A stretch of DNA of 64,000 nt from the NCBI GenBank assembly GCA_964016885.1, contig OZ024746.1, forward strand, positions 40,796,001-40,860,000, read 5' to 3'. The stretch's first letter is position 1. Each line of letters opens with the position of its first letter. The position numbers and the translations under genes are program-made. Source of the DNA: Eledone cirrhosa (lineage: Eukaryota). The notes below the pieces were generated by a model, which made no database searches, had not been told where the DNA came from, and was given only the letters and a program-made list of their open reading frames with translations. Positions 41,561 through 54,970 of the stretch are shown in pieces.

Positions 41561-42074
41561 CATAAGTCAAATTATGACACAAACACAAGCCACAGACCTG
41601 AGTGACCTCCGAGAGATAAGCAATTATAAGGCAAATTAAAGTAAAAGCTATGACCGAGTGTTGAAAACAAGAAAGATTCATTCTAAGTCAATTAGTTACT
41701 CTCCTCTCAGTCAACGCCCAAAAAACCAACAGCTATATAATACAACATGATGTCACTATTAACTAAGCGGAACTATATAACATTTTGAGTTATCAGCTTT
41801 TAAACAGATTCCTCCCACACCATACAGCCCAACCTTCTGTATATCTTACACACATTTATTACATACACACGCGACACGCGCGTGTTCTTACGATTTGGTT
41901 TGCATTATATAAACATTTCTGTTGGCCAATCTATATGTTAGTATTTTTACTATTTCACTTTAACACTGTTAGTCTGCACCCTCACAAGAGCAATTACATC
42001 TGGATGTGAGAATGGAAGATGATATTAGAGTAAAGAATATCGAGTGATACTAGACGTTTTGATTCTGTCTGTGT

Positions 42075-42428
42075 CTGGACTCGTAACTCCTGGCAAAGCC
42101 ATAAGGCACCGTAATGACACCCGGTGTTTCTTGAGCATTTTAAACCTGACGGAACACATCCCCTCTCCAAGTCTGAACACAGTCAATTTCTTCCAGAAAC
42201 GGGTTTAAGAGGGAGTGATAGAGAGGAGGTGAGAAAGAAATATAGAGGAAGAATCGATCCCGGTATTCGACTGACATTTTTTTCTCTCTTTTTTTTTTTT
42301 TTGTCGATCTCGAACGGCTGAAAGGCAAAGTTGACCTCGGCGGGATTACAACTCAGAGCGCAAAGAGTTGGAACCTATACCACAAAGCGTTCTAGTCGAC
42401 GATCTGACAACTCTGCCATTTCGTCACC
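42075..42428 (-). mobile_element. SINE family 1, long-tail variant
   Basis: Family 1 head and core joined to a GC-rich tail also seen at 46110, 51260, 51590, 61690 and 63810. Confidence 0.75.
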
Positions 42429-43204
42429 TCTTATTTTATATAACAAGTTCTTTTTGTAAATATGTCTAAATTAGGAAACATCTGTTCGTTCACAGACCGC
42501 CGCCACAAACTCTCCAGTCCTAGTGTGAGATTCATTCTAAAACGAGAAATAATTGTCCGCATATAACACTCACACAGATATATATATATACACCATGAAT
42601 TCACACACACACAAACATGTGGTGACATGTATGTGAATGAGTGATAGATTATGTATTTATGTGCTGTGTATCATTACGTGTATGTGTATCATCATTTACA
42701 TATGTGTAGTGTTATACGAGTAAACGGTTATAAGCATCACACTTATACATGCGTATACCTTACATAACCACTCCTCCCCCTCCTCGCTAAGGAGTGTACA
42801 GCTGAACGACAGAGTGGGCACAGCTGGAAAGGAGATCTTTATATATTACACATCTAATTTCGTACTGTTCAACCTCATTCAGCTTGACGACACGTCCCAC
42901 TTACTACTGTCTTTACTCTCAAAATCTCAGCGTGCCAATTTGTTGGGTTTTTTTTAGAATTTTTTTTTCTACAAAATGTACCAGGCGTAATGTTATGTCT
43001 AATTTTATTTCCCTTTTTTGAATAATTATGATTGGTTTCGGTATATTGTCAGCTGTGAGAACCAACCAGACTACAATTTAATGATGAGCATAAAGGATGT
43101 TCTTTATTACATCACACAGTTAAGGGTACTCGGAAGATTGAGTTGAATCAATCATCATACAACCAATCGACAGGCTGCTGCTTCGTAACCTGTCACCATC
43201 ACAG

Positions 43205-43650
43205 TAGGCATGTTTGAGTGGTTAATAAATCTGTTTTACAGTCATGGGGTTCGGGATTCGACTCTAAGGCGCAGCATCTTGGGGTAAGTGTCTGTTATCT
43301 TGACCTCGTGTCAACCCAAGCTTGTGGGTAAAATTACGTAGACAGATACTATGTGTTAGCCTGTCGGCAGGATTGTACTTATTATTATTATTCAAGGGTC
43401 TAGTTTTGTCACATTGTATCACGCTGATTCTGCATGAGAATTATCTCAAGAGTATAGTTGTTGGACCTCCGTTGGTTCCGGTGATGAGCGTTCCAGTTAT
43501 TTTAACAGAGCAACCTACTCGTGAAATTAACGTACAGGTGACTTAGCATTCTACAGACACATGTACCCTGAATGCAATACTCATGAAGTTTCAGCGAGAC
43601 GCACAATGAGACAACCCTGGCCCTTTGAATTACGGGTTCAATTCATTGTA
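43205..43650 (+). mobile_element. SINE family 2, degenerate
   Basis: GAGTGGTTAA...CTTGGGGTAAGTGT...GAAATTAACGT...GGCCCTTTGAATTAC. Confidence 0.65.
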
Positions 43651-43918
43651 AAAACAAATTCATAAACGTGAGCGTGTTTTTTTTTTTTTGTCATTAATTA
43701 AAAAGCATAAGACAAAATGCCTTGCGGTATTTGTTTCGGTCCTCTGTGAGCAAGGCATGTGGTTTGGAGATACCGTCTTTCTCCTCTTCTCACCAGTTTC
43801 GGAGGCCCTGATAAGGCCATGGGCACTGCCCTTCCGTTCCTGATTTAACAGTAAAAAAAAATGTTAGATACATGCATTATCATTATTATTATATAAGTAT
43901 ATGCGCACGCACATTCAC

Positions 43919-43951
<33 letters not shown>

Positions 43952-45288
43952 CATTAGTGAAGAAGCTAATTTCAAGAAGATCCCCAGTCTAACTTTAAAA
44001 GATGTTAAGATATTCATATTTGCTATAATAATAATAAAGAAGTTATATCAATATTTTTCAATGGGTAGTATAAGCAAACATCTACATATGTCTCATTGTT
44101 CTCCATCTCTTTAGGAAAAAGTCAGCAAGCATATGTTTGGTTTGAAAACAATGAGAATTTTACAATTGATTCATTTTCTAAGAAAATAAATGAACCTCTG
44201 TTGTTTTTTTTTTAAGGAAAGAAATGCAAAAGAATGAAAAGAAAAGAAAAACCTAACAAATTTCGTTGTTATTTGGTGCTCCTGTTTTGTATTGAAAATG
44301 TATAGAAACTGTGGACTCCCGGTTGGTATAATTTGTCGAAATCCTCTAATATTATGAAAAAGATTTCAGAAGACACAAATGATGTATGATTGTGTATAAA
44401 GTGCATTTTTGTACTGTAGTGTTGTGTAGTATATTCTTGTTGTGTGATGAGTGTCAAATATGTGTTTGTATCTCCTTGCATAATGAGTTTGTTCGTTAAT
44501 GAAAAAGAATACTCTTTTAGATTAAAGAAAAGGCGAAAAGTAATGATAAACAAAAATAAAAAATTTTTAAATCAACAAATTAGCCAATTTTCCGTCTGTT
44601 TCATTTTTAGAAAGGATCATCGCTAACGGCTGTTCATGATGGGGGTTCCGTGTACGAGAAAGGTCGGTTCTGGGGAAGGAGGGATTATTGTTTCAGTCGT
44701 TTTGGTAAAAATAACGAAAAATGACAAACGTTCCAGCATCTATATATCTCACTCCCCATCTCTCTTCTCATTCTTTATTCTCCCACTATATTTCTTTCTC
44801 TACCCCCCCCCCCCCCCCAAAAAAAAAACATCCACGGGTGTGTGTGGGGGTGTATCTATCTTTCTCTCTTTGTGTTTGTCGGTCTATTTCGTATTTTTAT
44901 CATAATCACTCTATATTACTGTCACGGTGACAGAAGAGAGAAACACAGAGTAATAGAAACACACGGGAGATCAGAGAGAGAGAGTAAACTGAACATATAC
45001 ATTAACATACGCATATGTTTATATATAAACGCGTGTGTAGGTATGTCTGTACGTACCTATGTATATATGTGTGTGTGTGTATGTATGAGTTACAAAGAAA
45101 GATATGGAGAAGAATATTCTCGAAAATATGAAATACATCATTAAGATATGACATTTATGGCATTAAAGAATAGGTGTATGTCAAAACATGGCCTTTTGCT
45201 TAAAAAAGGTAAGTAGCTTCATTATATATATAATATATATATATATATAAGAGGGTGTTAAAGTTTGCTTGAAGCATTGTGAAATGTG

Positions 45289-45352
45289 TAAAATATGTAG
45301 TTTAGAAAGCCACAACAATGCATTGTTGTGGCTTTCTAAACTACATATTTTA
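45289..45352. repeat. Perfect 64-bp spacerless palindrome between TA tracts
   Basis: TAAAATATGTAGTTTAGAAAGCCACAACAATG|CATTGTTGTGGCTTTCTAAACTACATATTTTA. Confidence 0.95.
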
Positions 45353-45879
45353 TATATATATATATATATATATAAACATGAGAAGAATTGAGTGCTGAGT
45401 GGTTGCATTGGGTTACATATGAAAAAAAAGTCCTTCATCAGTGATTTTCCAACCTTCATTGGTATTTCATCGCTTTAAAAATCATATACCTCCGGTTGGT
45501 GCGAGCAATAGCTAAATAAAGCTATTGGCCCAAGTAAATCGCGTAAAGCAAGCGAGACAAGTAAACAAACATATAAGGTATAGCAACGGAAAGATAGGAA
45601 GAAACAAGCACATGGTATCCGTTCAGCTTAAGCTGGGTGAATTTCATGGGTGAGAGAGATATAGCAGACCGTCCGACGCGAGTGAGGTGTGAGCGAGAAA
45701 GGACCCCACACAGGCCAAACGGGAGGAAGTGAGAAGGGGAGAAGCAGAGAGTGAGTGAGTGAGAGGAAGAGGCCAGTCGAGAGAAAGTGTGACTGACAGA
45801 GGGGGCGAAAGAAGGTGAGAGATACAGAGAGAGAGGATATATATATATATATATATATATGGGGTGGGGATTATGTGAG

Positions 45880-46310
45880 GGTGGTGGAATTGCAATATCG
45901 GTAGAGCGCAGACATGTTTTACGGCATACAGTTACGACCCTTTACGTTCAGAGTTCAAATCGCGCCGAGATTAAACCTTGCTTTTCATCCTTACAGGGTC
46001 GATAAAATAAAGTACCAGTAACGCACTGGGATTGAATTAATTGACTTTCCCCATCCCATCAAATTGCTGGCCTTGTGCCAAAAGTAGAAACTATATATAG
46101 GATAAAGATCCGATAACTCCTTGTAGAGGCACCGTCATATGTCGTGTAGAGCATATTAAAACCTGGCGAAGCCCAACCCTCTCCAGGTTGAACACAGCCG
46201 ATTTTTTTTCTATAGATGAAGAATCGACCCAGTACTTTTTTATCGACTTCGAAAGGATGAAAGATTAAGTTGACCTCGGCGGGATTTGAATATACCGTAA
46301 AGCATTCTCT
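45880..46310. mobile_element. SINE family 1 (+, 45880-46091) and long-tail variant (-, 46110-46310)
   Basis: Family-diagnostic cores. Confidence 0.82.
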
Positions 46311-47200
46311 CTCTCTCACTATATATATAATATATATATATAATTTTACATACACACAAAAAAAAAATTATCCGGTTGATTATCGAAGATCCACCCATGA
46401 CATACTTGAACATCTAGCCCAAAGACGCGATGTCTCAGCATTCATTCAGCCTTCTCCACTACTTCAACACAGCTAACTAGTTGAATACTCCCAATCCTCA
46501 CTCACGCTTAATCCCTCTAAATGCGTCTTTTCTCTTCTCATCATCTATGTCGTCTCTCACCTTCTAGACACCACATTAACCATTATGTTCAACCCTTTCC
46601 CCAGAACGTAAACTCCCTAGAACTCCTAACCCCTCATTCATCGCTCACATTTACTCTATAGACATCAAGTTACAAATGTTCAAACTGAACATCAACCCTA
46701 CCAACCTCACCTATCTTTAGGGTCTTACAAAGTCCATTGATCCACCTTTCTACCACACCGTCTTAAAAAAGGCGGACAGATTGAGCAATATACAAAACGA
46801 CCATAGATTTATGGTTGAAATGCCTTTATTTGACCTGGTGCTAAACGACGACGACAACAGCAGCAGCGACGGGGACGGGGACGACCATGATAAAGCATAA
46901 ATCTTCTCGATCAACGGGTTACAATGTGGCTTGAATAAAGATAGTTTCTATCAAATTGTAATTGCTCCCAGATGTATCTGACCCATACATACAAACATTG
47001 ATTTCCACACCGAGTCAGGCATTGCCAGCGATAGCTACTATTCACTTGATAGCGACATTGAAGAATGAAGAAACAAATGTACAGATGGATGAATGACTGG
47101 AGTGTGATAGGAATAATTTTTGTTCGGTACATTCAGTGTGATGAGGACCTTTAATTTATGGAACATGATGATCATCATCATGTCACTAATACTGGTAATA

Positions 47201-47820
47201 GCAATAATTGTTTCTACTTTTGGCACATGGCCACCAATTACCCAGTTCATTACTGGTACTTTATTTTATCGACCCCGTAAGGATGAAAGGCAAAGTTAAC
47301 CTCGGCGGGATTTGAACTCAGAATGGCAAGGGCCGTAACTCTATGCGTCAAAGCATGGCGTCCGACCCTCTACCGATACTGCCAATCCACCGCCCAATCC
47401 CACTGGTAATAGCAATAATGATATCGTTGATATATCGCTGGTACCATCAATACTCCGCCGATATCGCTGATACACTGTAGATATCGTTGATATACTGTAG
47501 ATATCGTTGATATACTGTAGATATCATTGATAAACAGTAGATACCCCGCAAATATCACTGGCACACTGTATATACCGTTGATACACTGCAGATACTGGCA
47601 ACAAAAATTAATAATGGTTTCTTATTTAGGCACAAGGCCAGCAATTTTGAGGGAAGGGAAAGTCGATTAATTCGACCTCAATGCATTACTGATACTTTAT
47701 GTTATCGACCCCTTAAGGATGCAAAGCTAACCTCGGCGGGATTTGAACTCAGACCGTAAAGGACCGTAACTCTATGCCACAAAGCATGGTGTGCGACGCT
47801 CTACCGATACTGCCAATCCA
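47201..47820 (-). mobile_element. Two SINE family 1 copies (47201-47393 and 47608-47820) flanking a 20-bp minisatellite
   Basis: Full heads and cores. GATATCGTTGATATACTGTA units at about 47415-47600. Confidence 0.9.
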
Positions 47821-48270
47821 TCAATGATCACAAGAAATACTTTATCAGAGTTATTCTAGTGAAACAGAAAAAAACATGGCGACAGAAGGACGATGGTGAT
47901 GGGTGATAAACGTAGTAATTATCATTTTTGAAGGTCATATAATAATCCAAAAATGTCCTCCTTAATCTCACACTAAAAAGGTATCCTACACAAGTTGTTT
48001 AGTAAAATACATCAATTCCATCTTCACACTCCAACCACTCTGGCATTAAAAAACACTTCCTATATATATCAATAATATTAATAAATGTAAACTATCTTTA
48101 TAAAACCATATTTATTTTATTATATATATTTCAAGGGTACCAACATTTTGGTGCGCCCTCATCAGATAAAATACAAAAGTTGTTTTACAGATAGTGACAT
48201 ATTCAAAACTAGAACTTAACGTTTTGAGTTCTGTTTGAATAATTCATTGCTTATATATATATATTTATAT

Positions 48271-48824
48271 AAGACGGGCGGTCTCAAAGGTAAATTTATT
48301 TTCATTTTCGAACGTCGTGTTTACATTTTGTGTGTGTGTTTAGATCTAAATTAGTGTCGTTTTAACTGATTATATATATATGTATATGTGTGTGTGTGTG
48401 TGTGTAGTTGACGGTTGAGAGAAGAGTACTCAATACCGAAGTAATCTTGTAATGAGGCTTGCAGAATGGTGAGTCCGCCATTCTAGACGCTGCTGCCTTG
48501 CGGAAGTCCCAAATCGAAGCTCTGACACTCTCGTCCCCATCATTCAGCAGAGATTTTGCCAGGCTGCCGCATCATCTCCGGTGGTTGGGCTTCCTATTCG
48601 GAAATTGAAGGTGGGATTTACGTTCATGATGTTGTGGTGCACGAACGGAACTTTGTAGATCCTGCGGACCTTGATATGCACACACAGCTCATAAAGAACA
48701 CATGGAGCCGTGCAAAGAAGAAGCTTCGTCGCCAGCATGTTTCGTTTGAACACACACACAAAATGTAAACATGACGTTCGAAAATGAAAATAAATTTACT
48801 TTCACTTTTGAGACCGCCCGTCTT
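48271..48824 (+). mobile_element. Merlin (IS1595/ISXO2-like DDE) transposon deletion derivative
   Basis: TIRs of about 70 bp (48271-48340 / 48749-48824). Internal peptide SRRCCLAEVPNRSSDTLVPIIQQ / LPGCRIISGGWASY...HDVVVHERNFVDP...HTQLIKNTWSRAKKKLR. Confidence 0.85.
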
Positions 48825-48832
48825 GACGTATG

Positions 48833-48882
<50 letters not shown>

Positions 48883-49142
48883 TAGTGGAACCTCGGTTCA
48901 CGAACAATTTTACTGAACATAAAACGTCTCGCTTGACGAACACACAAGCTGCAACAACAATTGGCGACAAGCTGGGGGTATAGGTGGGAAAGCATCACTT
49001 GCTGCGTAGTTAGTTACTATAGCGATCTCTCTCTCTCTCTCTCTCAATATGTCGTATTGGAAAAGTTGTTTCGAGTTACGAACATTTCGGATAACAAACG
49101 ACTTTCAGGGACGAATTAAGTTCGTGAACCGAGATTCCATCG
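48883..49142. mobile_element. Tigger/pogo-like MITE
   Basis: TIR (T)AGTGGAACCTCGGTTCACGAAC / GTTCGTGAACCGAGATTCCATCG. Confidence 0.8.
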
Positions 49143-49186
49143 TGTGTGTGTGTCTCTCTCTCTCTCTCTGTCTCTCTCTCTCTATA

Positions 49187-49218
<32 letters not shown>

Positions 49219-49547
49219 AATTATTGTGTAAAGTGCTCAGGTGCACTACAACTCGTCAATATAGTACATAGAATAATACACAAATGTGTATATATATATA
49301 ATGTGGTTGTGTGTATAGGAAGTGTATGTGTGTGTATATATATATACTCACACACACCCTATATATATTTGTGTGTGTGTTAACATCAGAGAGTTTGAAC
49401 TTTATGCGTGTTGTACTCTCAGATCAAAGTTAAACTGACGTGTTTGTTACTGAAACATTGCCGGTGGAAAGATTGATGCATTTATAGACATGTAGCTGAC
49501 TAATGAGAATAACATTCGTGCGCACACATGCGTACACACACTAGTAG

Positions 49548-49623
<76 letters not shown>

Positions 49624-49649
49624 CTTAGTTTCGGAATGAATAGCGAATT

Positions 49650-49870
49650 TGAATGCCTCGTAGAAACTGCTGTTGTTTAGTCTTGACCGAGCAAAACCTG
49701 TTATCAAGGATATCCCAGTCGTGACGATCCTGCATTTCATTTACAGGTGCACTGTATCTAAGAGAACATTATCAAATGTGTCTATCTTTGCCCTTTTTTT
49801 AAAAGACCGTAGAGTATATAAATATGAAAGAGATTTGGCTAATATTTCTAAGTCGAGGCTTCCTCATTGG
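49650..49870 (+). repeat. Unclassified interspersed repeat (also at about 50640-50830, 53935-54040 and 55090-55240)
   Basis: Shared AAACCT.T.ATCAA...TTCCAGTC and GATTTGGCT.CTATTT...AG.GG blocks. Confidence 0.6.
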
Positions 49871-51259
49871 TTCATATGATAAGAATCTGATTAGAAAAGC
49901 GATAAAACCTTTGTTGAGTTGTTTCCTTTTTGATTTTGTTTATATTCTTCAGAAGAGTTCAGGCGTTACATTTGTGGTCATACTGAAGCTCCGCAAACAG
50001 GTAAGAGACTGAAGATTAAGGTAATTGCGAAAAAAGGAGGAAGAGAAGGAGTGGGCGTAAGATGAAGTTCAAGAAGTAGAGGATGGGTTAAAGTAATTGT
50101 GGTTAAGTATGGAGGATGATTTGTCATAGTTATTTTAAAAATCAGGTAATCTTGGAGATAAGATAGACTACTTTAAGTAAATAACGAGAGCGTTGAAATG
50201 TCGAGGGAATAACAGGGAGTTGGATAATAACGTGTAAATATAACTAGGTTCTTAGCATAACATATGATATAACCGGAAAGTAAATACTGAAGATTGTTGA
50301 AGAGTGTGCTGAGAGGTATCCTTAAATAAGCAGCAGTAATGGATAAACTTGAGAGAGACGGGAGATGTTTGTGAATCAAAGAGACTGAGAATAGCATTAG
50401 TAACGAGATATCGATAATTCTAAGATGTTCCTAGTTCATTGCCAAGGATCTCTCGTTTTGTAACATGATGAAAGAAACTCTTTTATGAAATTAATGTCAG
50501 CGATTAAATTTCCAAATCTAAAAATATAATCCAGTTCAAAGAAATCTACTAATTCTCTACCACCACCCAAAACATTACACATACAATATCGACAAGTTTC
50601 TTGAAAATGTAAACAAAATAGTGAAAGTAATATGCTGCTGTTTTTTTTAGACCCAGATCAGCCCTGATCCAGCAAACCTACAAAGGGGTTCCAGTCTCTT
50701 TTATAAACCCAATACATCTAGAACTACATTACTCATTGTGTCCTTTTTTTTAAAAAAAAACAACGTTAGAGGAGGGTTTTAGAAAGATTTGGCTACTATT
50801 TTGAGCAGGTCAAGAGATTTCAACGAGGGGACCTAAACTTGAACTTTCAACATGCTAAAAGTTTGTTTCGTCAAATCATTATCTAGCATCTAAAATAAGG
50901 GGGAGCGGCGCTCATTGCACAGTCCTAGATAGACAAAACAATGAAATCATCATGGTAGGGAATGTTTTTCGATTAGGACTAACTTAGGGAACAACGTAGG
51001 GCCTCCCTCGTCAACTCACGAACTTGTGATTTGATGAGAGCTCAGCCGTGTTTGCGTTTGTAGAAGAAATTCAGAATGCCTGTTTCTATTCCCACTCCTA
51101 AATTAATCACACTAAAACTTTGGTACCGTGTATATTATCTAGAATCCTCCTCATCAACTACTCTGAGCATGACCTCAATGTCCCTGCTTTTATTTACCCT
51201 ACCGTGAACTTGTTAATTTAAACTCTCCCTCTCTCTCCACACACACATATATATATAAA

Positions 51260-51841
51260 CTCATAACTCCTGATGAAGTCGTAAGGGCGCCGTAGTGACA
51301 TACGGCGGGTCTTGGGCATTTAAAACCTAGTGGAGCTTATCCTCTCTACCAGTGAAGGAGAGAGAGAATGATATAGCGGGAGTGAAAGGGTGATATAGAG
51401 AAAGAAGCGACCGGTACTTTTTTTTATCGACCTCGAAAGAATGAAAAGGGTCAGCCGAAAAGTTCATAGGCTAACCATGAAGGAGTGATGCTAGTGCTGT
51501 GAAATCTCGCATACATTAATTTCAATTCTTATTAATAATTGCATTGTTTCTTTCCAGAGACTGTTTAAAAATAAACCTCATTTGGTCATTTCATACGGCG
51601 TGTCTAGGGCACTATTAAACCTAGCAGAGCCCAACCCTCTTCAGTTTTGAACACAGCCGGGTTTTTTTCTATAGAGGAAGAATCGACTACAGTACTGGAC
51701 TGGTACATTTTTTATCGACCTCGAAAAGATGAAAGGTAAAGTTGACCACGGCGGGATTTGAACACAGAGCGTGCAATAAAGTGGGACGAATACCGTAAAG
51801 CATTCTATCCGATATCTTAACGACCCTGCCAATTCGCCGCC
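51260..51841 (-). mobile_element. Long-tail SINE family 1 copies separated by a mariner-like terminal fragment (51448-51590)
   Basis: GGGTCAGCCGAAAAGTTCATAGGCT resembles a mariner TIR; SINE cores lie on both sides. Confidence 0.65.
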
Positions 51842-52952
51842 TATAGAAGAACGGTTAGATAATAACAAATACATTTTTTATATGTTAACCGAGAAATCAT
51901 GTCTATCGTTTAAATCGATGAAGTTAGAAATCAACTGTTCAATACTAAAATACCAATGACAAATCAGAAAGAGAGGTGTGTAGAGAAATTGATAAAACTT
52001 ACCTTAGTGTCGTTTTATACAATGTACCAGATTGGTTAGATTTACAATACTCTTTCCTTCCTTTTTTCTCGTTAAAGACTTTTCAAATACAATGTTGCAA
52101 GTAATTCTATAATTAGCATTATAACTAAAAGTACTATATCAGTCTTATACTATCTATTAGAAAGTTAGGGGTGGATGTTCACGGGTAGTTGATTTATGAG
52201 TTGTGGCTCATTGACTAGCATAGTTCAAGCAGGAAACATAAAAGTTGTGAAGACTGCTGTGTAGGTAGGAAACCAATTTATATCTATAGTAGCCTTCTTA
52301 TTGTAAACTTAAAAGCAAAGCAAATATAGCAAGACAAACATTCTAGGAAGTTTTGAAACTTTAACATATATTCTCTGGCGCCTACCCACAGTTTTAGCAA
52401 GTGTATGTAAGTCAGTGATACCAACTGTAACATAGGAAGTACTCAACGGGTATCTTAAGGGTGGAAACTGATTAGTTCTTCCAGGTGTCCTAGGTACGGG
52501 GGTAAATATGTCAGTATGAACACACACACACACACATATATAATATATATATATATATATTTATATGAGATAACTTTAGATGAGAACGTGGTAAGGAAGA
52601 TTTGTAGCAAAAGTATGCTTCTTTCTTTTCTTCATTTCTTTTTAATTCATTTTTATTCCGACTTGGCTAGATTAAAACATGTAATCAAATAATTTTCAAA
52701 TGAATATGAAGAGTGGGAAAGAAAAAAAAAACGAGCGGTCGAGAAAAAGTGGAATACTGAAGAGGTATTGATAAAAAAAGAGTAAAGCGACGAAAAGCTA
52801 TGTGGGCGAGTAATAAAATAATCTTTGAAAATAAAAGTCTGATATGAAATGTGTGGGGTTGGGTATGTTGGAGGTAGGAGAGAGATTATACAACATTTCA
52901 ACAAGAGCCGAACAGCTGTGGTCGCTGCGTATCGAGTTACTTCATGCCAATG

Positions 52953-52992
<40 letters not shown>

Positions 52993-53020
52993 CAAAAATA
53001 GACATTCGTGTGATCAAGTA

Positions 53021-53087
53021 TATTTTATTATACATATTTCAGAGGTACTGAGCTATCTTCAACAGTACGTCTTCATCAGATAAAATA
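53021..53087 (-). ncRNA. Mirror-copy hammerhead ribozyme
   Basis: Reverse complement of 53200-53266; helix II begins AGAC/..TCT. Confidence 0.82.
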
Positions 53088-53199
53088 AGATGATGCATGG
53101 CATACCCTGACATAGTAGATGGTTAAGATTCAGTAGATGGTTAAGATCTACCATGACTGAATCTTAACCATCTATGTCAAGGTATGTCATGCATCATCT

Positions 53200-53266
53200 T
53201 ATTTTATCTGATGAGGACGTACTGTTGAAGATAGCTCAGTACCTCTGAAATATGTATAATAAAATA
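53200..53266 (+). ncRNA. Minimal type-I hammerhead ribozyme (related to family B)
   Basis: TATTTTAT-CTGATGA(53208-53214)-GGACGTACTG...CAGTACCTCT-GAAA(53247-53250)-T-ATGT-A-TA-ATAAAATA, with a perfect 8-bp helix I. Confidence 0.82.
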
Positions 53267-53651
53267 TACTTGATCACACGAATGTCTATTTTTGTTAATA
53301 TTTTGAATTAATATTAATAACTCCGGAAAACCATTACTGTTGAGTGCTTCCAATCTATTGTAAAACTCATTCTTTGATTTATTCATTGAACCTTGTTTAA
53401 CCTTTAAATATATATATATATAAACTGTTAAACTAGAAATGTAGTCTATAGGATAGGATGTACTGAGAGATGATGCAGAAACAAGACAACATACATAGGA
53501 GTGACAGTCCGTAGTATAGGAGAGAGATTAAAGGAACACTAGCGAGAACTTAAGAAGAAAAGCTCATCAGTGATATGCCAAATGAGGGCTCAATAGATAA
53601 CATAGAAATAAAGATCCTATCCATACACAGAACTGACGCAATATATATATA

Positions 53652-54630
53652 CTAGCATTAAAGCCCAGCGTTGCTCGGGGTCAGTAAGTTACCAAAGTTA
53701 GGTTGCACCACCCATTTTATCGCAGCACTTTTTTGTCTGCCAGGCACTGGGTGAATGAATTGCAGACCTGGACTGCCGAAGCAGGAGCTGCGCCAGCAGT
53801 GACAATTGTAGTTTCGCCTATGGATATTATCTCTGTGCAAAGAAGTGTTGAAATTTATTGTTTCACAGTACTTGCGCAACACGCGCGTAGACGATGCCAG
53901 CCGAACAACAGAGCTGCGATGGAGTTGTTCTGCATGGTTGTCTAATGTGTGTTTTCTAAATTTAAGACAGTAGGGAGGGGTGTGATATGGGGGAGAGTTA
54001 GCTGCTGTTTCTAGCAGGTTTAGTGACCTCATAGAGGATATTATTGTGTATAGTAAATAAACTGATACTTCTTTCTTTCACGTTCGTGAGAGATGTTTTA
54101 AAAAAGATTAATCGCTATTTTTTTTGTTGTTGTTGAATAAATTTATCTGTTGCTTTTGAATAATTGTTGTTTGGTATGAAATGTAATAAGTTCTCTTCGT
54201 TGTCATTGAAGTAAATAAATGTTTGACCGTTCCACACTCAAAAACAAACGTTCTCTCTCTCTCTCTCTTTCATTTTTTTCTCTCTTCTTTCATCCAAGTT
54301 TCTAAAGGAAGTTTGTAAGGAGGGGGTTTAAGCGTATATAAGAGAAAGTTGCAGCATGTATGTCATTTTATCGAATTTTAAGGGGAGTAGAGAGAGGAAA
54401 TCAGATTGTATTAGAGGGATAAAGAGTCATGTATTTAGTGTTATCGATTATTTCCGTAATTGTGGGTGAGTTGGAAAAAAATAAATAGTCGTTGACCTAA
54501 GTTAGACCATTTACAACATTCATACAGACTTTGAGTCGAATCGGTTTGAAATTGTGCAAATGTATAAACATGAAACATACATACACACACACAACAACAA
54601 CAACAACAATCTGCCTTTTATAGATAATGA
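53652..54630 (-). mobile_element. Non-autonomous Helitron
   Basis: On the minus strand the 3' end is CCCGAGCAACGCTGGG (hairpin)...CTAG|T and the 5' end is A|TC followed by a (GTT)/(GT)/(GTAT) microsatellite. Confidence 0.72.
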
Positions 54631-54970
54631 TACATATGTATGTGTGTGTGGATATATATAAATATATATGCATGTGTGTAGGTGTCTGTATGTACACCCA
54701 CATACTTCGATGCGAAGAATGCATGTTATTACAGTTGTTTCTAAATTAAATATTAATATTTATTAATTTCACTGTTTCTTTCATTGCCAAAAGAAAAACA
54801 AAACCAGGGCACGTTGCAGTCGAGTGCAAAGATTCTTGTGAGGTTTGGTGGATAAGGTGTTGATATACCAGGAAAAGGAAGGGGAAGTTGGTACTAATCT
54901 CATTATACAGTTCTTTCCACTAAATTAAATCTCCATTTATTATTAGGTGAAGAAAAAAAGTGAAAGAAAA

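Larger units (their letters stand above)
52986..53301. mobile_element. Head-to-head inverted Penelope-type pLTR fragment adjacent to a (TA)n tract
   Basis: Arms of roughly 140-150 bp are near-perfect reverse complements. The centre contains duplicated AGATGGTTAAGAT. Each arm carries a hammerhead motif. Confidence 0.85.

Noticed and set aside
51265-51340. CTGATGA plus hairpin as a hammerhead
   Set aside because: There is no GAAA core, and other copies of this SINE tail lack CTGATGA.
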